IMG/VR virus record: IMGVR_UViG_3300028706_000004
Length of the DNA: 64,000 bases
Source of the DNA: a virus
Reading direction: 5' to 3' (one strand)
Every line of letters begins with the position of its first letter. Position 1 is the first letter of the stretch. Positions 1 through 9,266 of this stretch are shown here, in pieces. A program made the position numbers and the translations under genes. The notes beneath the pieces are model-generated. The model saw only the letters and a list, made by a program, of their open reading frames with translations, ran no database searches and was not told the origin of the DNA.

Positions 1-132
1 CCATTCCTCATCACTACAATCTAGTAGTTGTAAAGGACTAGTATGAAAGACTTCGGAGAGGCGCGCAGCATTAACTATCGCACTTTGCTCTACAAGAGCA
101 TCGAAGGCTAGTTCGTAGGGTCCTCTAAAACA
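1..132 (-). CDS. Probable frameshift extension of the tail assembly chaperone (GT-like), truncated by the window edge
   Basis: 44 stop-free codons in the -1 frame relative to 108..665 (CFRGPYELAFDALVEQSAIVNAARLSEVFHTSPLQLLDCSDEEW); no ATG/GTG/TTG in frame. Confidence 0.5.
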
Positions 133-665
133 TCAACGGTGTCACCATAGCCAGCGGCTTCAAGTACTGCCAATGCTGCCCCCTCCACATGTGGGTCCGT
201 ACCAAAGAAGTTTCTAACTGCGTCTGGTACTGGCCTCGTGGCACTAGTCATTTCTAAAATCTCAGGCGCTGCAAAGTTGAGCGCATTGCCAGCTTCATCG
301 AACGCCTCTTCTCCGTCCATGCTGATGCCGACGCATGTTTGGCCAACTACTTGGCAAGCGAATTTGATCGGGTCGAGACCATTCTTTGATTCTTCGCCTG
401 CGTTTTTACGCCAAGCCTTCATTTGGGCTTGTGTGATGTTTGGGCTGATTCTCAAATGAACGCCCGGACGATCAGGAACCTCTAATAGAACAACGGTGCG
501 TTCTACTTTGGCAGAGACAACAGCCTTCAGGCGGTCAAGAACTGTCTCTTCAATCGGTAAAACACCCCCAATAACCCCCGCAGAGTCTTCCTTGGTTTTC
601 TTGGCGGTGGATTTTGAGTCTGAGGTTTTAGCCTCAGATGCTTCGTCATATAATGCGTCGCTCAT
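108..665 (-). CDS. Putative tail assembly chaperone
   Basis: 185 aa, directly after the tail tube gene, ends in ...EDPTN; call is positional. Confidence 0.55.
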   Translation of the reverse strand: MSDALYDEASEAKTSDSKSTAKKTKEDSAGVIGGVLPIEETVLDRLKAVVSAKVERTVVLLEVPDRPGVHLRISPNITQAQMKAWRKNAGEESKNGLDPIKFACQVVGQTCVGISMDGEEAFDEAGNALNFAAPEILEMTSATRPVPDAVRNFFGTDPHVEGAALAVLEAAGYGDTVDVLEDPTN

Positions 666-712
666 AAGGCGTACAGTATCACGCTATTCCCCCCGTGTAG
701 GGGAGGACTTAC

Positions 713-1189
713 TCAGTCGGGGGTTGTGCCGCCTCCGGCAATACCCTGCACTGCGAAAGTGAGCGCAAAAGTGGCGGGGGCGCCTGAAGATGCATCACCT
801 TCGGCTTCGGTAAGTCCCACCAATAGAGCGTTGCCGTAGTGCCTGTCAAGATTCTTGACGTTAATATCGCAATCGTAAGTTTGAATGCGGATGTCGTAAT
901 ACGAACTACCCACAAGCGTTCTAAGTTGATTGATTTTGAGGGCGATACCCGCTCCGGAGTCTGATTCAGTCAGATCATCATCGTAATGGGCGGTCAGGGT
1001 GATGTCGCCGATCTCGTAGGGCGCACATAGAACCTTCGGGAACTTGTCGCCGCCTTCATAGATCCTCTCGACAGCAGCCGTGATTTCACCACCAGAGACC
1101 TGAGCAAACTTAAACCCTTCCCACTTGGGGTGAGTTACGTTTTTCGGTTCAATCAGTCCGAGTACTTGTCGCTGTGAAATTTTGGCCAT
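713..1189 (-). CDS. Tail tube protein
   Basis: 158 aa, directly after the sheath gene; beta-rich pattern ending FALTFAV. Confidence 0.75.
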   Translation of the reverse strand: MAKISQRQVLGLIEPKNVTHPKWEGFKFAQVSGGEITAAVERIYEGGDKFPKVLCAPYEIGDITLTAHYDDDLTESDSGAGIALKINQLRTLVGSSYYDIRIQTYDCDINVKNLDRHYGNALLVGLTEAEGDASSGAPATFALTFAVQGIAGGGTTPD

Positions 1190-1202
1190 TAGTTAGCCCT
1201 CC

Positions 1203-2693
1203 CTATACCACTGAGTTTGTGAGGTTGGATTTGACGATGTCTACTTCGATCTTGTCGCCCACGCTCGATACCCGAAGGCCGACCTTGGCTTTGACAAGCC
1301 CATCCGCAAGTTGTGTAACCGGATTGATAGCTGCGTCACACTGAACCGTGTAACCCTTGTCAATTCGCTTACCTTTTGCATCGAAAGCTTCGTACAGCGC
1401 TCCGCTTTGGCGGAGGGGCTCCAAGATTCCGATGAGCTTGCCTTCGACCGCTGTGAAGATGTCGTTCCGACCGTTGATTACCGCGAAGATCAAATCCTCT
1501 AGAGCCACATTCGCTTCTGTCACTACACCGTTGACCGTATCCTGACCGGTGATGTAGCGGAAGTTTGTGGTGTCTCCTGACAAAGAGCGGGCTCCATAAA
1601 CTCGAAGCGAGCTATTGATCACTCTTAGTGCATTCACTAGAGCCACGTCTAGGGCGTCACCAGAGATCTGATCAACTTCCAGCTCTGGGGAAACTACCCA
1701 GCGGGCGTTTGAAATGATTCCTGCACCTGCTTGCTGTGGTCCAACCTGATTGTGTGCCCGCGAGCGTGTCGCTGCCACATAACCATCCGGTGGGATCAAG
1801 CGAGTTACGCCTGCTGTTGAGGTGGGGACGTTGATCCAAGGGAAGTAGCCAGCGGCATGTTCCGTGTTGGTTTCACTCGCCGTAATTGTCTCACCCCATG
1901 TTTCAGCCTGAGCAACCGTCTGTGAGGCTGCCGGATGCAAGATGGCAATCCGGTTGTAAGTATTGGCGTGGAGGATGAGACCCTGATAAGTCGCCGTTGC
2001 CGAGGACTCTGGGTTTGCCACACATCCCGTGCCGTAAGCATGGTTGAACTTGGTCAACGCTGCCGTGTGAATCGCAGTTGTGATGTTTGAACGGTCATCG
2101 TCGGAAGCCGTAGTGCCGCCAGTGGGCTGATCCGAATAGGTCAGTGCCGTAGAGGCCAGAGCGGCAGGAAGGTTGGAACCCAAACTTGAAGCCGTCACAT
2201 ACTTCGACGCGACTGCGCTTCCGTTAATCTTGCCGATAACCTGATCCACTGTGGTGCAGTTGCCCGATGTGAACACCTGAACGTTGTAGTAGAGAAGCTT
2301 AAGAATGACGCTACTAGCGACAGTTCCTGCCTCAACGGTGAAGGTCATGTTTGCGGACCAGTCGCCCGGTCCTACAGCCGTCAGCTGCATCGAGTCGCCC
2401 GAAGAGCTATCGAGGAGCTTATGTTTGCCCTCTGTGGCTGACGGGCCGACAACGCGAACGACGTAACACTGGGTGCCGCCCTCTTCAAAGAATGTTTCTA
2501 TGGTGGGGTGCAAATATGCGTAAGACTGGTATCCACCATATTGTGCTTCGAAATCAGCAATACTGGTGACCAGCGTGGCCTTTTCCTCAGGCCCTCGCAG
2601 AGCTAGACCGACAAAAAATGCTTGCGACGAATCGCGAACTGTGTCAGCCGATGGACCCGTTCTAACTGCTGTGGTAATGACTACTCCGGGCAT
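1203..2693 (-). CDS. Contractile tail sheath protein
   Basis: MPGVVITT..GP N-terminus; YFPW..V, PPDGYVAA..R..H, N..R....RVYGARSL motifs of sheath C-terminal domain. Confidence 0.92.
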   Translation of the reverse strand: MPGVVITTAVRTGPSADTVRDSSQAFFVGLALRGPEEKATLVTSIADFEAQYGGYQSYAYLHPTIETFFEEGGTQCYVVRVVGPSATEGKHKLLDSSSGDSMQLTAVGPGDWSANMTFTVEAGTVASSVILKLLYYNVQVFTSGNCTTVDQVIGKINGSAVASKYVTASSLGSNLPAALASTALTYSDQPTGGTTASDDDRSNITTAIHTAALTKFNHAYGTGCVANPESSATATYQGLILHANTYNRIAILHPAASQTVAQAETWGETITASETNTEHAAGYFPWINVPTSTAGVTRLIPPDGYVAATRSRAHNQVGPQQAGAGIISNARWVVSPELEVDQISGDALDVALVNALRVINSSLRVYGARSLSGDTTNFRYITGQDTVNGVVTEANVALEDLIFAVINGRNDIFTAVEGKLIGILEPLRQSGALYEAFDAKGKRIDKGYTVQCDAAINPVTQLADGLVKAKVGLRVSSVGDKIEVDIVKSNLTNSVV

Positions 2694-2837
2694 AAGACCT
2701 TCCCGTTCCTAATTGGAGCTTCCGGACATCGGAGCCGCCTTGTTTATTCTACAAAACGCTTCCGTGTATCCGTGTAACTGTTGATTATAGATTATCAGAC
2801 TAGAAGCTTTCTCTAGTGAGACTTTTACAGTATGTAC

Positions 2838-3200
2838 TCACTCTGCTTCTCGTTCCCACTCTGTGCCGTCCTGTACAAGACCGTCACCATCGCCATCTCT
2901 GGCATCAGGGTTGTATCCAGTACCTTTAGTTGACGCGGCAGGAGGTGTCTTTTTCTTGGAGGAAGATTTTTTCGGAGAGCCGCCACTAATAAGATTTAAA
3001 AGTCCAGCTTCGACCAATTTGTCTAAGATCGGATTGCTTTCTGAGACGCAACCGAAATGTCCGATAGGAACAACATGTCCCAGTTCGTCTATTTCGCGAA
3101 TAGCAAGACCCATGTTGTAGACGACAACGTCGCCTTCCTTAACGCGGGTATCCGCTTCGTCGCGGTGCATGCTATTAAAGCAATGAAATGAAGTAGCCAT
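2838..3200 (-). CDS. Small protein with C-terminal DARDGDGDGLVQDGT motif
   Basis: 120 aa; motif shared with the giant head-module proteins. Confidence 0.75.
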   Translation of the reverse strand: MATSFHCFNSMHRDEADTRVKEGDVVVYNMGLAIREIDELGHVVPIGHFGCVSESNPILDKLVEAGLLNLISGGSPKKSSSKKKTPPAASTKGTGYNPDARDGDGDGLVQDGTEWEREAE

Positions 3201-3214
3201 ACCTTGATTGTACC

Positions 3215-3475
3215 TTATCCTTTGTGCACCATATGTCCAATAGTGTCAAACTGGGCAATAACCTCTAAATGATCGGCAGCTAGTGCTCCGGAAATCAATT
3301 CTGTGTTGAGACACATCATATTACCTAATGGCTCTATTCTGTGACCACAACAGCTACAAGTCTCAATTATGTGTTGTGCCTTGCTATGAACAATAATACA
3401 ATTGGATCTTTCATAATCCATAGATATGGCATCGGCTGAGCCGCGTGGAACAGTTTGACATAAACAACAACTCAT
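3215..3475 (-). CDS. Hypothetical Cys-containing protein
   Basis: Fills the gap in the operon; ATGA overlap with the upstream stop; start uncertain. Confidence 0.35.
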   Translation of the reverse strand: MSCCLCQTVPRGSADAISMDYERSNCIIVHSKAQHIIETCSCCGHRIEPLGNMMCLNTELISGALAADHLEVIAQFDTIGHMVHKG

Positions 3476-4131
3476 TCTGACGAACCTCCGGTAGTCGTGT
3501 ACCCAAGGTTTGTCGGCAAGTCGAGAGAGGTATCGCTGACGCCAACATTCTTGACACCGATCTGGACACCTTCTTCTTTGACCGTGCCGAGATTGGTTCT
3601 GGCAACAACCTCATTGATGCCCAAGGTGTAGCCAATGTACGAACCAGCCATAACTCGATCACCTTTTACTAATGTCAAGTCGGAAAACTCTTCACGCATC
3701 GACGCTTCATCGATTTCTACTTTCCATGTGTCTCGCGCGTCTGTCGCTTTAAGACAGGGTCGATCAAGAAGAGCTGCTCTGGTCACGGTTGTTAACCGAT
3801 CGCGCATGTAGGTCGCAGCTTCAGAACCATTTGCTTTTGCCCAAATATAAGTACGCATTGTGTAATTGACTCGATACTCGGGTTCTGACGGCGTGTCCGA
3901 CGACCAGCCGAGTCTTTCCATATTCGCTGTCGATATGGCAACGGTAATAATCATTGGCCAAGCATCGATAGCGACTGGTTCAAAAGTCAGAAATTTCAAA
4001 GGGTCAGGCAAAGAGGCACTGTCGGCACCCCAACCGTTTCTGTATTCGACAAGACGAACAGGAAGGTCCGTTTCTAAGAAATCATTTACATAACTCTTGG
4101 CGAACTGTGCGCCATGCATCAGGGCTGCCAT
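3472..4131 (-). CDS. Putative tail terminator / tail completion protein
   Basis: 219 aa between virion morphogenesis gene and sheath; YRVNYTMRTYIW beta pattern. Confidence 0.55.
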   Translation of the reverse strand: MAALMHGAQFAKSYVNDFLETDLPVRLVEYRNGWGADSASLPDPLKFLTFEPVAIDAWPMIITVAISTANMERLGWSSDTPSEPEYRVNYTMRTYIWAKANGSEAATYMRDRLTTVTRAALLDRPCLKATDARDTWKVEIDEASMREEFSDLTLVKGDRVMAGSYIGYTLGINEVVARTNLGTVKEEGVQIGVKNVGVSDTSLDLPTNLGYTTTGGSSE

Positions 4132-4661
4132 TAGAGACTACTTTCCAATGCTGCACGGCCTTCTGACATGTAATCAACGGCCCATTGGCCCCAGCGAATA
4201 TGAGCCTCATGGGGTTCAAAAATAATTTGTCGCTTCGGCATCTTGCTTGTTCCCATTTGATGAAATTTGGCCCATTCGATATCTGTTCCAAAAACTGCTC
4301 GGTGGGGATGAATTTCGTTTGGATTTCCCCTCAAGCTAGACAGGCTATTAAATAAATGGCCCGTCTGTACGAGCGTCGGAGCTCCGGGAAAACGAGCTGC
4401 TTTCCATGAGCCATACTGAGCATCCAGTGGTGCCCAACCCCCTACGGGTAGTCCATTTGACGTGAAGTTTTTCGCCCAGTGCTGTTCTAAATCATCACGG
4501 ATGCGTTCGAAAACTGGGCCAAAATCTCTGGCACGCCGCTGCACACCATTGATTTCTCGTTTGAGAGGTTGAGTATTGAATTCGGTGTCAAACTCAATCT
4601 GAACACCTTTTGCCCGCCGCGCCCTTTGAAGCGGCTGAGGAATGCCGATTCGAAATGCCAT
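4131..4661 (-). CDS. Phage virion morphogenesis (Mu gpG-like) neck protein
   Basis: GWAPL..Y...K, L..TG.L..SL, FGT..EWAKFHQ.GT..MPKRQI motifs; start reassigned to MAFRIG (4661), abutting the upstream stop. Confidence 0.8.
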   Translation of the reverse strand: MAFRIGIPQPLQRARRAKGVQIEFDTEFNTQPLKREINGVQRRARDFGPVFERIRDDLEQHWAKNFTSNGLPVGGWAPLDAQYGSWKAARFPGAPTLVQTGHLFNSLSSLRGNPNEIHPHRAVFGTDIEWAKFHQMGTSKMPKRQIIFEPHEAHIRWGQWAVDYMSEGRAALESSL

Positions 4662-4662
4662 A

Positions 4663-5298
4663 TTAAGCCACCCGAATTCGGCGATGTCGTCTGACCGCCA
4701 GCAACTCCCTATCTGTAAACCCTGTTTCCATAGGGGCGATATTTCGAGGTTCGAGATCCTTAATGCCGACAACATCGTCGTGCATGTTCTGCATCTCTCT
4801 AGAAGCAGCCCTCAAAATCATTAACTTAAAAGTAGGGATGTTTGCACCAGCAAGACCGGCATTGTAAGTAATCGTTAATTTATCATTGGAGCTACCGCGA
4901 TAAACGTCTACGCCGTATCGACGTGCAACGTATTCGGTTCCGGCAACTAAAGTTTCGGCGGCACTTCCGGGAGTTACGGGAGTAAGAACGACACTCGCAA
5001 TTGAGTTAACCGGACTTTCTCGTAAGTACACCGTCGCTGGAGGATCTGTATACGAAAGAATGCCGCTTGTGTTCGAATCTAGTTTATTGTCATAAAAAAA
5101 TGAGGTTTCAGGAACACCCAAATGATTCGAATCGAGAATGTAATCCTCGGTGAAGTTGGCTGCTTCAATCTTTCTTCCTAAATAGGTTTCCAGTTCTGAT
5201 TGAAGACCGCCAAGAACAATGTCAGCAGCGTCTTGTTGACGCAAGCTGAACTCAATATCCATGTAGGTTTTAAGATTGGCACGAGTTACCAGAGCCAT
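4663..5298 (-). CDS. Head-tail connector/adaptor protein
   Basis: MALVTRANLKTYM..., ELETYLGR, ITYNAG, typical of gp6/gp15-like adaptors. Confidence 0.75.
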   Translation of the reverse strand: MALVTRANLKTYMDIEFSLRQQDAADIVLGGLQSELETYLGRKIEAANFTEDYILDSNHLGVPETSFFYDNKLDSNTSGILSYTDPPATVYLRESPVNSIASVVLTPVTPGSAAETLVAGTEYVARRYGVDVYRGSSNDKLTITYNAGLAGANIPTFKLMILRAASREMQNMHDDVVGIKDLEPRNIAPMETGFTDRELLAVRRHRRIRVA

Positions 5299-5309
5299 AT
5301 CGCAGGCTC

Positions 5310-5489
5310 CTATCTAATCGCGCGACGACGGCGCCTACCGCCTCTACGGATGATGTCACGCACTCGCTCATTGGCTATACGTCCACGACCACGGCGGGCT
5401 TCACGGCCACGCAAAAGAGAGCGAATACTACGACGAATTCGTCCAGCTCGCCGAAAATCGAATTCGCGTTCTCTACCGGGTGAGGGCAT
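5310..5489 (-). CDS. 59-aa Arg-rich protamine-like protein (not in the ORF track)
   Basis: Hand translation MPSPGREREFDFRRAGRIRRSIRSLLRGREARRGRGRIANERVRDIIRRGGRRRRRAIR; 24 of 59 residues Arg; GGAAGG RBS upstream. Confidence 0.7.
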   Translation of the reverse strand: MPSPGREREFDFRRAGRIRRSIRSLLRGREARRGRGRIANERVRDIIRRGGRRRRRAIR

Positions 5490-5561
5490 AACAACACCTT
5501 CCTAGATTTGATCTAGTTCTAAGTGTAGCACTAGGCCCTTACACTATATACCCGTTAATTG

Positions 5562-6128
5562 TTACCTATCGGCGTTAGGAGGTTTTTCTGTTGTGACTTC
5601 TTTTTTGTCAACAGTTCCGGGCGGAGCTTCCACCGGAACCCATGCCATCGAATAACGATGATTCGGAACTTTTCGGTGCTTAATGATCGAGCCATCCAAC
5701 ATCAATTCCAATTCATCGCCCTTCATACAAAAACGAGCCACGAAATCTTCTACCGAAAATGCTCTAGATCTTTTCAGTTGTTTTACGATTCGAGATAATT
5801 TATGGGCAACCATGTTCCCACGACCACGATTCAATTGAACGTGTAGAGCCATAGCCTCAGTTTCGCCACAATCAATCACATGAATAGGTACGCCATCAGC
5901 AAACCGTTCTGACAGGTGTTTATTACCCCTGATTGCTCGCAGCCGCTGAGAGCCGTCAATTACGTTCATGCCGTCCTTCTGAACAACAAGTGGGGAAAGC
6001 ACCCCATAATCCATTAGGGCCGCTGTCAGGACCAACAAATCCGGTCTAAGGATATATGTGGCATTCCACTCTGGAATATTGAGCTCCTCGTAATCCCGAA
6101 CCCACATCGTGTATTGCTCTGCACTCAT
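5562..6128 (-). CDS. ParB/Srx-like nuclease-domain protein (IbrB-like)
   Basis: L..YGVLSPLVV...VIDGSQRL...LNRGRG motifs; start moved to ATG 6128 (ATGA overlap with the upstream gene). Confidence 0.8.
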   Translation of the reverse strand: MSAEQYTMWVRDYEELNIPEWNATYILRPDLLVLTAALMDYGVLSPLVVQKDGMNVIDGSQRLRAIRGNKHLSERFADGVPIHVIDCGETEAMALHVQLNRGRGNMVAHKLSRIVKQLKRSRAFSVEDFVARFCMKGDELELMLDGSIIKHRKVPNHRYSMAWVPVEAPPGTVDKKEVTTEKPPNADR

Positions 6129-7252
6129 GAGGCTTCCTCTGCTGCTTTCTGCCTCACTGTGTGGGCTCTCGTTTTTGGCCCCACGGGGGAGGCTGAAGTT
6201 GTGGTGAGTTCGTTGAGTAGGAGATTCCTGATTAACCAATTAATCGGATACGAGTGCGGATCTAAAGCATGTTTCTTTCTGAATTCAGCCGCATACGCCT
6301 TAGCCCTTCGAGCTTTTGAATCACCGATCATGTAATCCTCGATGACACTAGTTACGCCGTCCCAACCCTCGTCGGCATAGTTGTTGATCAATTGCTCAAT
6401 GTCGAAGTCCTTCCACCAACGACGCTGAGCGTCGATCTGGGGAAAGCATTCATACAGCTTGTCGTAGAATTCTGGTTCTGTGGCAACCACATCCCCAATG
6501 CGTCGAATCGCGACAGAGTGGAGTGGTATCCCGACACGAGTATTCGATCCAGTTAATGCTGCCCTGTCGTAATACTCACAGTAGGGGGCATTATGTTCTT
6601 CGGTAATGAATTTGAGTACATCGTTAACATTCCAGTCGTAAATCACCTTCGCAAATTTGAGAGGTGTTCCACGCTTGATGCCGAAAGGTGTGACGATGTA
6701 ATTCTCGTGCAGCTTCTGCACCAAGGATCGGTAACGGATCATCGACTCGGCAGCCCGGACGCCAGTAATGAAGGCGACGCTTCCTTGCTTCCCTTGCATC
6801 GTGTAAAAATCAACAGCTTCAGGTAGGGGTTGACCCCCTTCTAGCCCGAACGATTTTGCGCTAATTACATCTTCCGGCATTTCGCGTACCCATCGCCCTG
6901 TTTGTTCTCGATACTCCCCCCACAACACCACGGGTTGTCGTCGGCCCAGAACCCATACCTCCCCCCCGTATGGGAGGCAATACCACTCCATGTCGACCCA
7001 ATCGAAATTTCTGACCATTTCGACATATTCGAGAACGAGAGGACTAACCATCTCTTCATCTCTGAATATGACTTTGACTGGACCTAAGTCACGTTCTTCG
7101 TGCACCTCTTTAGCCAGATAGAGAACAGCCGTACTGTCTTTGCCTCCAGAGAATTGAATACAAACGGTATCGAAGGTGTCGTAAACGTGACGTATCCGTT
7201 GACGAGCAGCATCGAGACATGTGATGTCTAGAAACATCCGCTGACGAGTCAT
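6125..7252 (-). CDS. PAPS reductase-family PP-loop protein (IbrA/DndC-related)
   Basis: FSGGKDS PP-loop, F.D.E, WYCLP, GVRAAES..RY, IYDW...DV. Confidence 0.88.
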   Translation of the reverse strand: MTRQRMFLDITCLDAARQRIRHVYDTFDTVCIQFSGGKDSTAVLYLAKEVHEERDLGPVKVIFRDEEMVSPLVLEYVEMVRNFDWVDMEWYCLPYGGEVWVLGRRQPVVLWGEYREQTGRWVREMPEDVISAKSFGLEGGQPLPEAVDFYTMQGKQGSVAFITGVRAAESMIRYRSLVQKLHENYIVTPFGIKRGTPLKFAKVIYDWNVNDVLKFITEEHNAPYCEYYDRAALTGSNTRVGIPLHSVAIRRIGDVVATEPEFYDKLYECFPQIDAQRRWWKDFDIEQLINNYADEGWDGVTSVIEDYMIGDSKARRAKAYAAEFRKKHALDPHSYPINWLIRNLLLNELTTTSASPVGPKTRAHTVRQKAAEEAS

Positions 7253-8037
7253 AACTCTGAGTGCGCCTCGACAAATGACATCAACTTCTCTGCAGTTGTA
7301 TCGCCTTCATAGGCCGGTTGCCCGCGAAGCCATCGCACAAAGGTGTACCAATCTTTCTGCTGGGCAGGATCATCGAAAACCAAGGTGTACTGGACAACTG
7401 CTTTATTTGACTCACCCTGAGGCGTAACTGTGCTGCCCTGAATAGCAATATCGTTATGGTCGACACTGTCGTCGGCGACAATCTTTCGTTCCCCATCCTC
7501 GCCATCCTGCACTAAAGCATCTAGCGCATCATCCATCCTGTCGATCAGAGACGGACGAGTAAATGTTGTGGTGCCATCTTCTCTGTCTGCGGCGATTTCT
7601 GCCTGCTCTTCGTAAAGAGCAATCTCGAAATCGTCCCACGCCAAGTCGCCCATAAGATCGCTGTACTCATCAACAACACTCAGAATCATGTCGACAGCCT
7701 TGGTGTTATCTGTATGGCCCAACTCCATTGTCCGGTTGTCAGCAAGGGCAAAAGCAACAGCTCGTTTGTCATCCCCATCAAAGGGCACAGCGGCAATATG
7801 AGTCCAGCCAAGCTTCTTGGCTGCTTCAACCTGATGGTTGCCAGCGATAACCGTGGCCTTATCGTCTTCGTTCAGACGAATCACAATGGGCTTCACTTGA
7901 CCAAATTCATCGTATGACGCAGCGATCGCTTCAACATTTCCAACTCTTGGGTTATTGAGAAGGGGCTGGAGGTCGCTCAATGGGACAAGCAACTCGTTGA
8001 GAGACTCGTGGACTTTGTAGTTACCCTTCATGGTCAC
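7249..8037 (-). CDS. ParB-like N-terminal domain protein
   Basis: L.P..NNPR.GNVEAIAAS..EFGQVKPIV..VIAGNHQ.EAAKKLGW..ALADNRT. Confidence 0.85.
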   Translation of the reverse strand: MTMKGNYKVHESLNELLVPLSDLQPLLNNPRVGNVEAIAASYDEFGQVKPIVIRLNEDDKATVIAGNHQVEAAKKLGWTHIAAVPFDGDDKRAVAFALADNRTMELGHTDNTKAVDMILSVVDEYSDLMGDLAWDDFEIALYEEQAEIAADREDGTTTFTRPSLIDRMDDALDALVQDGEDGERKIVADDSVDHNDIAIQGSTVTPQGESNKAVVQYTLVFDDPAQQKDWYTFVRWLRGQPAYEGDTTAEKLMSFVEAHSEL

Positions 8038-8372
8038 ACCTGCACTCTGACGTTTGCATTTAACGTTCGCATCGCGTCGATGGACGTTCTCAAGGAGAGC
8101 AATTTCTCTCGCTTCGATTTTAGTAGGGCTTCCGATATTTTGTACTCAAACTGTTCGTCAGCCATTTTGTAGTCGGCCCAAGATTCTCGTTCTTTGATCG
8201 ATCCCTTGGCCGACAAATACTCCTTAGCCCATGACGCTTTATACCTCGCCTCTTTTTTAGCATTGTCTTCAGCGAGGCTTTCAAAAGCTTCTGTTTCGCT
8301 TTCCAATTCGTCAAGGAAATATAACAGTCGTTGTTCGATCTCTACCTGACTAATAGGGCCTCTAAAGTTCAT
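8034..8372 (-). CDS. Coiled-coil hypothetical protein
   Basis: 112 aa helical protein, overlap-coupled to both neighbours. Confidence 0.6.
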   Translation of the reverse strand: MNFRGPISQVEIEQRLLYFLDELESETEAFESLAEDNAKKEARYKASWAKEYLSAKGSIKERESWADYKMADEQFEYKISEALLKSKREKLLSLRTSIDAMRTLNANVRVQV

Positions 8373-8889
8373 TATCTTTCCTCACAACATGGGACCAGTC
8401 GATGGATTCCAAAGCCTCTAAGTTCTTCTTTGGCCATTCTTCGTCAGACAAACCAAAGCGGGTACGTCCCATCTGCTCCAAGATCCACGCATCACACATA
8501 TCGTCGGCACCCTTGCCCTCCCAGACTAATCCAGTCCGGGCAGAGATTGCGGAGATGACTTCAGCCTTCGATGCGTTGCCTCTTCCAGTCGCGAACTTGG
8601 CACGGCAGGTCGGGGGGATGTCCACGAAGGTGTAATTCTCTTCATATAGAGCAAGACGAATGACGCCACCCAACTCTCCGATGGAGTGAGCTTGACTGGC
8701 TCGTGAAGCAAATGAGTAACCCTCAATCAACACCACGTCTGGGCGATGTTCGCGGCAGGCAAGCATGACTTCATCCCTGATGGCCGCAAGCCGTTCCACG
8801 CCCTTCTTCTTGACAGCAATTGCGTCCATGTCCCCGTCACAGGAGTAACCCGTCGATGTAAGGGACAGGTCGAGGCCCATGAACTTCAT
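8362..8889 (-). CDS. ruvC: RuvC-like Holliday junction resolvase
   Basis: MGLDLSLTSTG, IEGYSF, ELGG, KFATGRGNASK, D.CDA acidic catalytic pattern; start at ATGA overlap. Confidence 0.85.
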   Translation of the reverse strand: MKFMGLDLSLTSTGYSCDGDMDAIAVKKKGVERLAAIRDEVMLACREHRPDVVLIEGYSFASRASQAHSIGELGGVIRLALYEENYTFVDIPPTCRAKFATGRGNASKAEVISAISARTGLVWEGKGADDMCDAWILEQMGRTRFGLSDEEWPKKNLEALESIDWSHVVRKDNEL

Positions 8890-9266
8890 GGCTTTTTCCG
8901 CCACCCGGGAACAGCCAAACCAAGCTCGATTGCAGTTGCCGGTTCACGTCCGATGCGGTCATGGCAATCACGACACACGGCCATAAGATTTTCTTCTTCA
9001 AGAATGGAGCCACCCTGTGAGCGACGCTTCAATTCGTGAATATCGACGCTTGCATTCCGCTTGTAAAGCGTTACCTCATCGTGCTGCGCCCAAACCGGGC
9101 ACGCTTCACAATAGGGCCGCTCTTGCAGGAGGCGAGAGACCACCTTCCTGCGCTCAACGTATTTCTGCTGCATCTTCTTGCTGCGTGGGTTAAGAGAGCC
9201 TGTCCGCTTTAATGGGCCACTTCGTTTAAGCGGCCCACCACGCTTCATGGGCTTCTTGCGTTTCAT
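8886..9266 (-). CDS. HNH endonuclease
   Basis: CEAC...DIHE...RSQGG...NLMAVCRDCHD. Confidence 0.85.
   Translation of the reverse strand: MKRKKPMKRGGPLKRSGPLKRTGSLNPRSKKMQQKYVERRKVVSRLLQERPYCEACPVWAQHDEVTLYKRNASVDIHELKRRSQGGSILEEENLMAVCRDCHDRIGREPATAIELGLAVPGWRKKP

Noticed and set aside
4662-4775. Track start of the 214-aa ORF, and other long N-terminal extensions (15648, 58222, 61815, 62047)
   Set aside because: They overlap neighbouring genes or lack an RBS; downstream starts fit better
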